Origin: Paracoccaceae bacterium
GTDB lineage: Bacteria > Pseudomonadota > Alphaproteobacteria > Rhodobacterales > Rhodobacteraceae
Reading direction: 5' to 3'
NCBI GenBank assembly: GCA_026982575.1
Contig: JALSGU010000291.1
Coordinates: 1 to 45,126, forward strand
Length of the DNA stretch: 45,126 bases
Part shown: positions 45,041-45,126 of the stretch, piece after piece
Position numbering within the stretch: the first letter of the stretch is position 1
Layout: each line of letters begins with the position of its first letter
Made by a program: the position numbers and the translations under genes
The notes under the pieces: model-generated
What the model saw: the letters and a program-made list of their open reading frames with translations, nothing else
Database searches by the model: none
Told to the model about the DNA's origin: nothing

Positions 45041-45126
45041 GCGGGCGTGATGGAATGGTAGACATAACAGACTTAAAATCTGTGGGCCGTATGGCCGTGT
45101 GGGTTCGAGTCCCACCGCCCGCACCA
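45041..45126 (+). tRNA. tRNA-Leu (anticodon UAA), CCA encoded
   Basis: Acceptor GCGGGCG/CGCCCGC; anticodon stem ACAGA/TCTGT with loop CTTAAAA; long variable arm GGCC-GTAT-GGCC; T-arm GTGGG-TTCGAGT-CCCAC; discriminator A plus CCA. The window ends on the CCA. Confidence 0.93.

Overview
This is a densely coding, moderate-GC chromosomal segment. The protein sequences and the CIRCE-groESL and narR-like/narK/narGHJI layouts look alphaproteobacterial, but that taxon call is inference. Nearly all of it is explained by recognisable genes.

Left edge: decayed IS elements. A 719-bp IS1595-family element, whose inverted repeat is the first base of the window, sits inside an IS5-family remnant. Next comes a tetR-MFP-RND efflux operon with no outer-membrane factor. 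It is bracketed by ~39-nt direct repeats that are internal segments of IS5-family transposase remnants.

Middle: housekeeping genes, namely moaA, an acyl-CoA synthetase, phosphomannomutase, glmU, a DEAD-box helicase, groESL with CIRCE, an LpxL-like acyltransferase, purEK and Hsp20. Small accessory patches are interleaved:
- a GSCFA / SGNH-like / GT61(DUF563) trio;
- an orphan, N-terminally divergent ClpP paralog behind an Lrp regulator;
- a 3-gene glycan-priming module (GT2, SDR epimerase, small sugar-phosphate transferase) ending at another IS5 remnant that abuts the groESL promoter.

Right: a cysteine-free Crp/Fnr regulator, a choline-kinase-like gene and a DMGDH-like gene form a co-directional set. 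It is divergent from a complete respiratory nitrate reductase locus, narK1-narK2-narGHJI-ppiC. tRNA-Leu(UAA) follows, with the window ending on its CCA, and a 5'-half pseudo-copy lies just upstream.

I found no CRISPR, rRNA, integrase, toxin-antitoxin pair or recognisable defence system, and nothing that convincingly qualifies as a wholly new system. The best candidates for undescribed biology are the GSCFA/SGNH/GT61 module, the Lrp-linked ClpP paralog, the regulator-kinase-demethylase operon next to nar, and the IS-bracketed efflux cargo. All coordinates and motif matches were read by eye; no database search was run.
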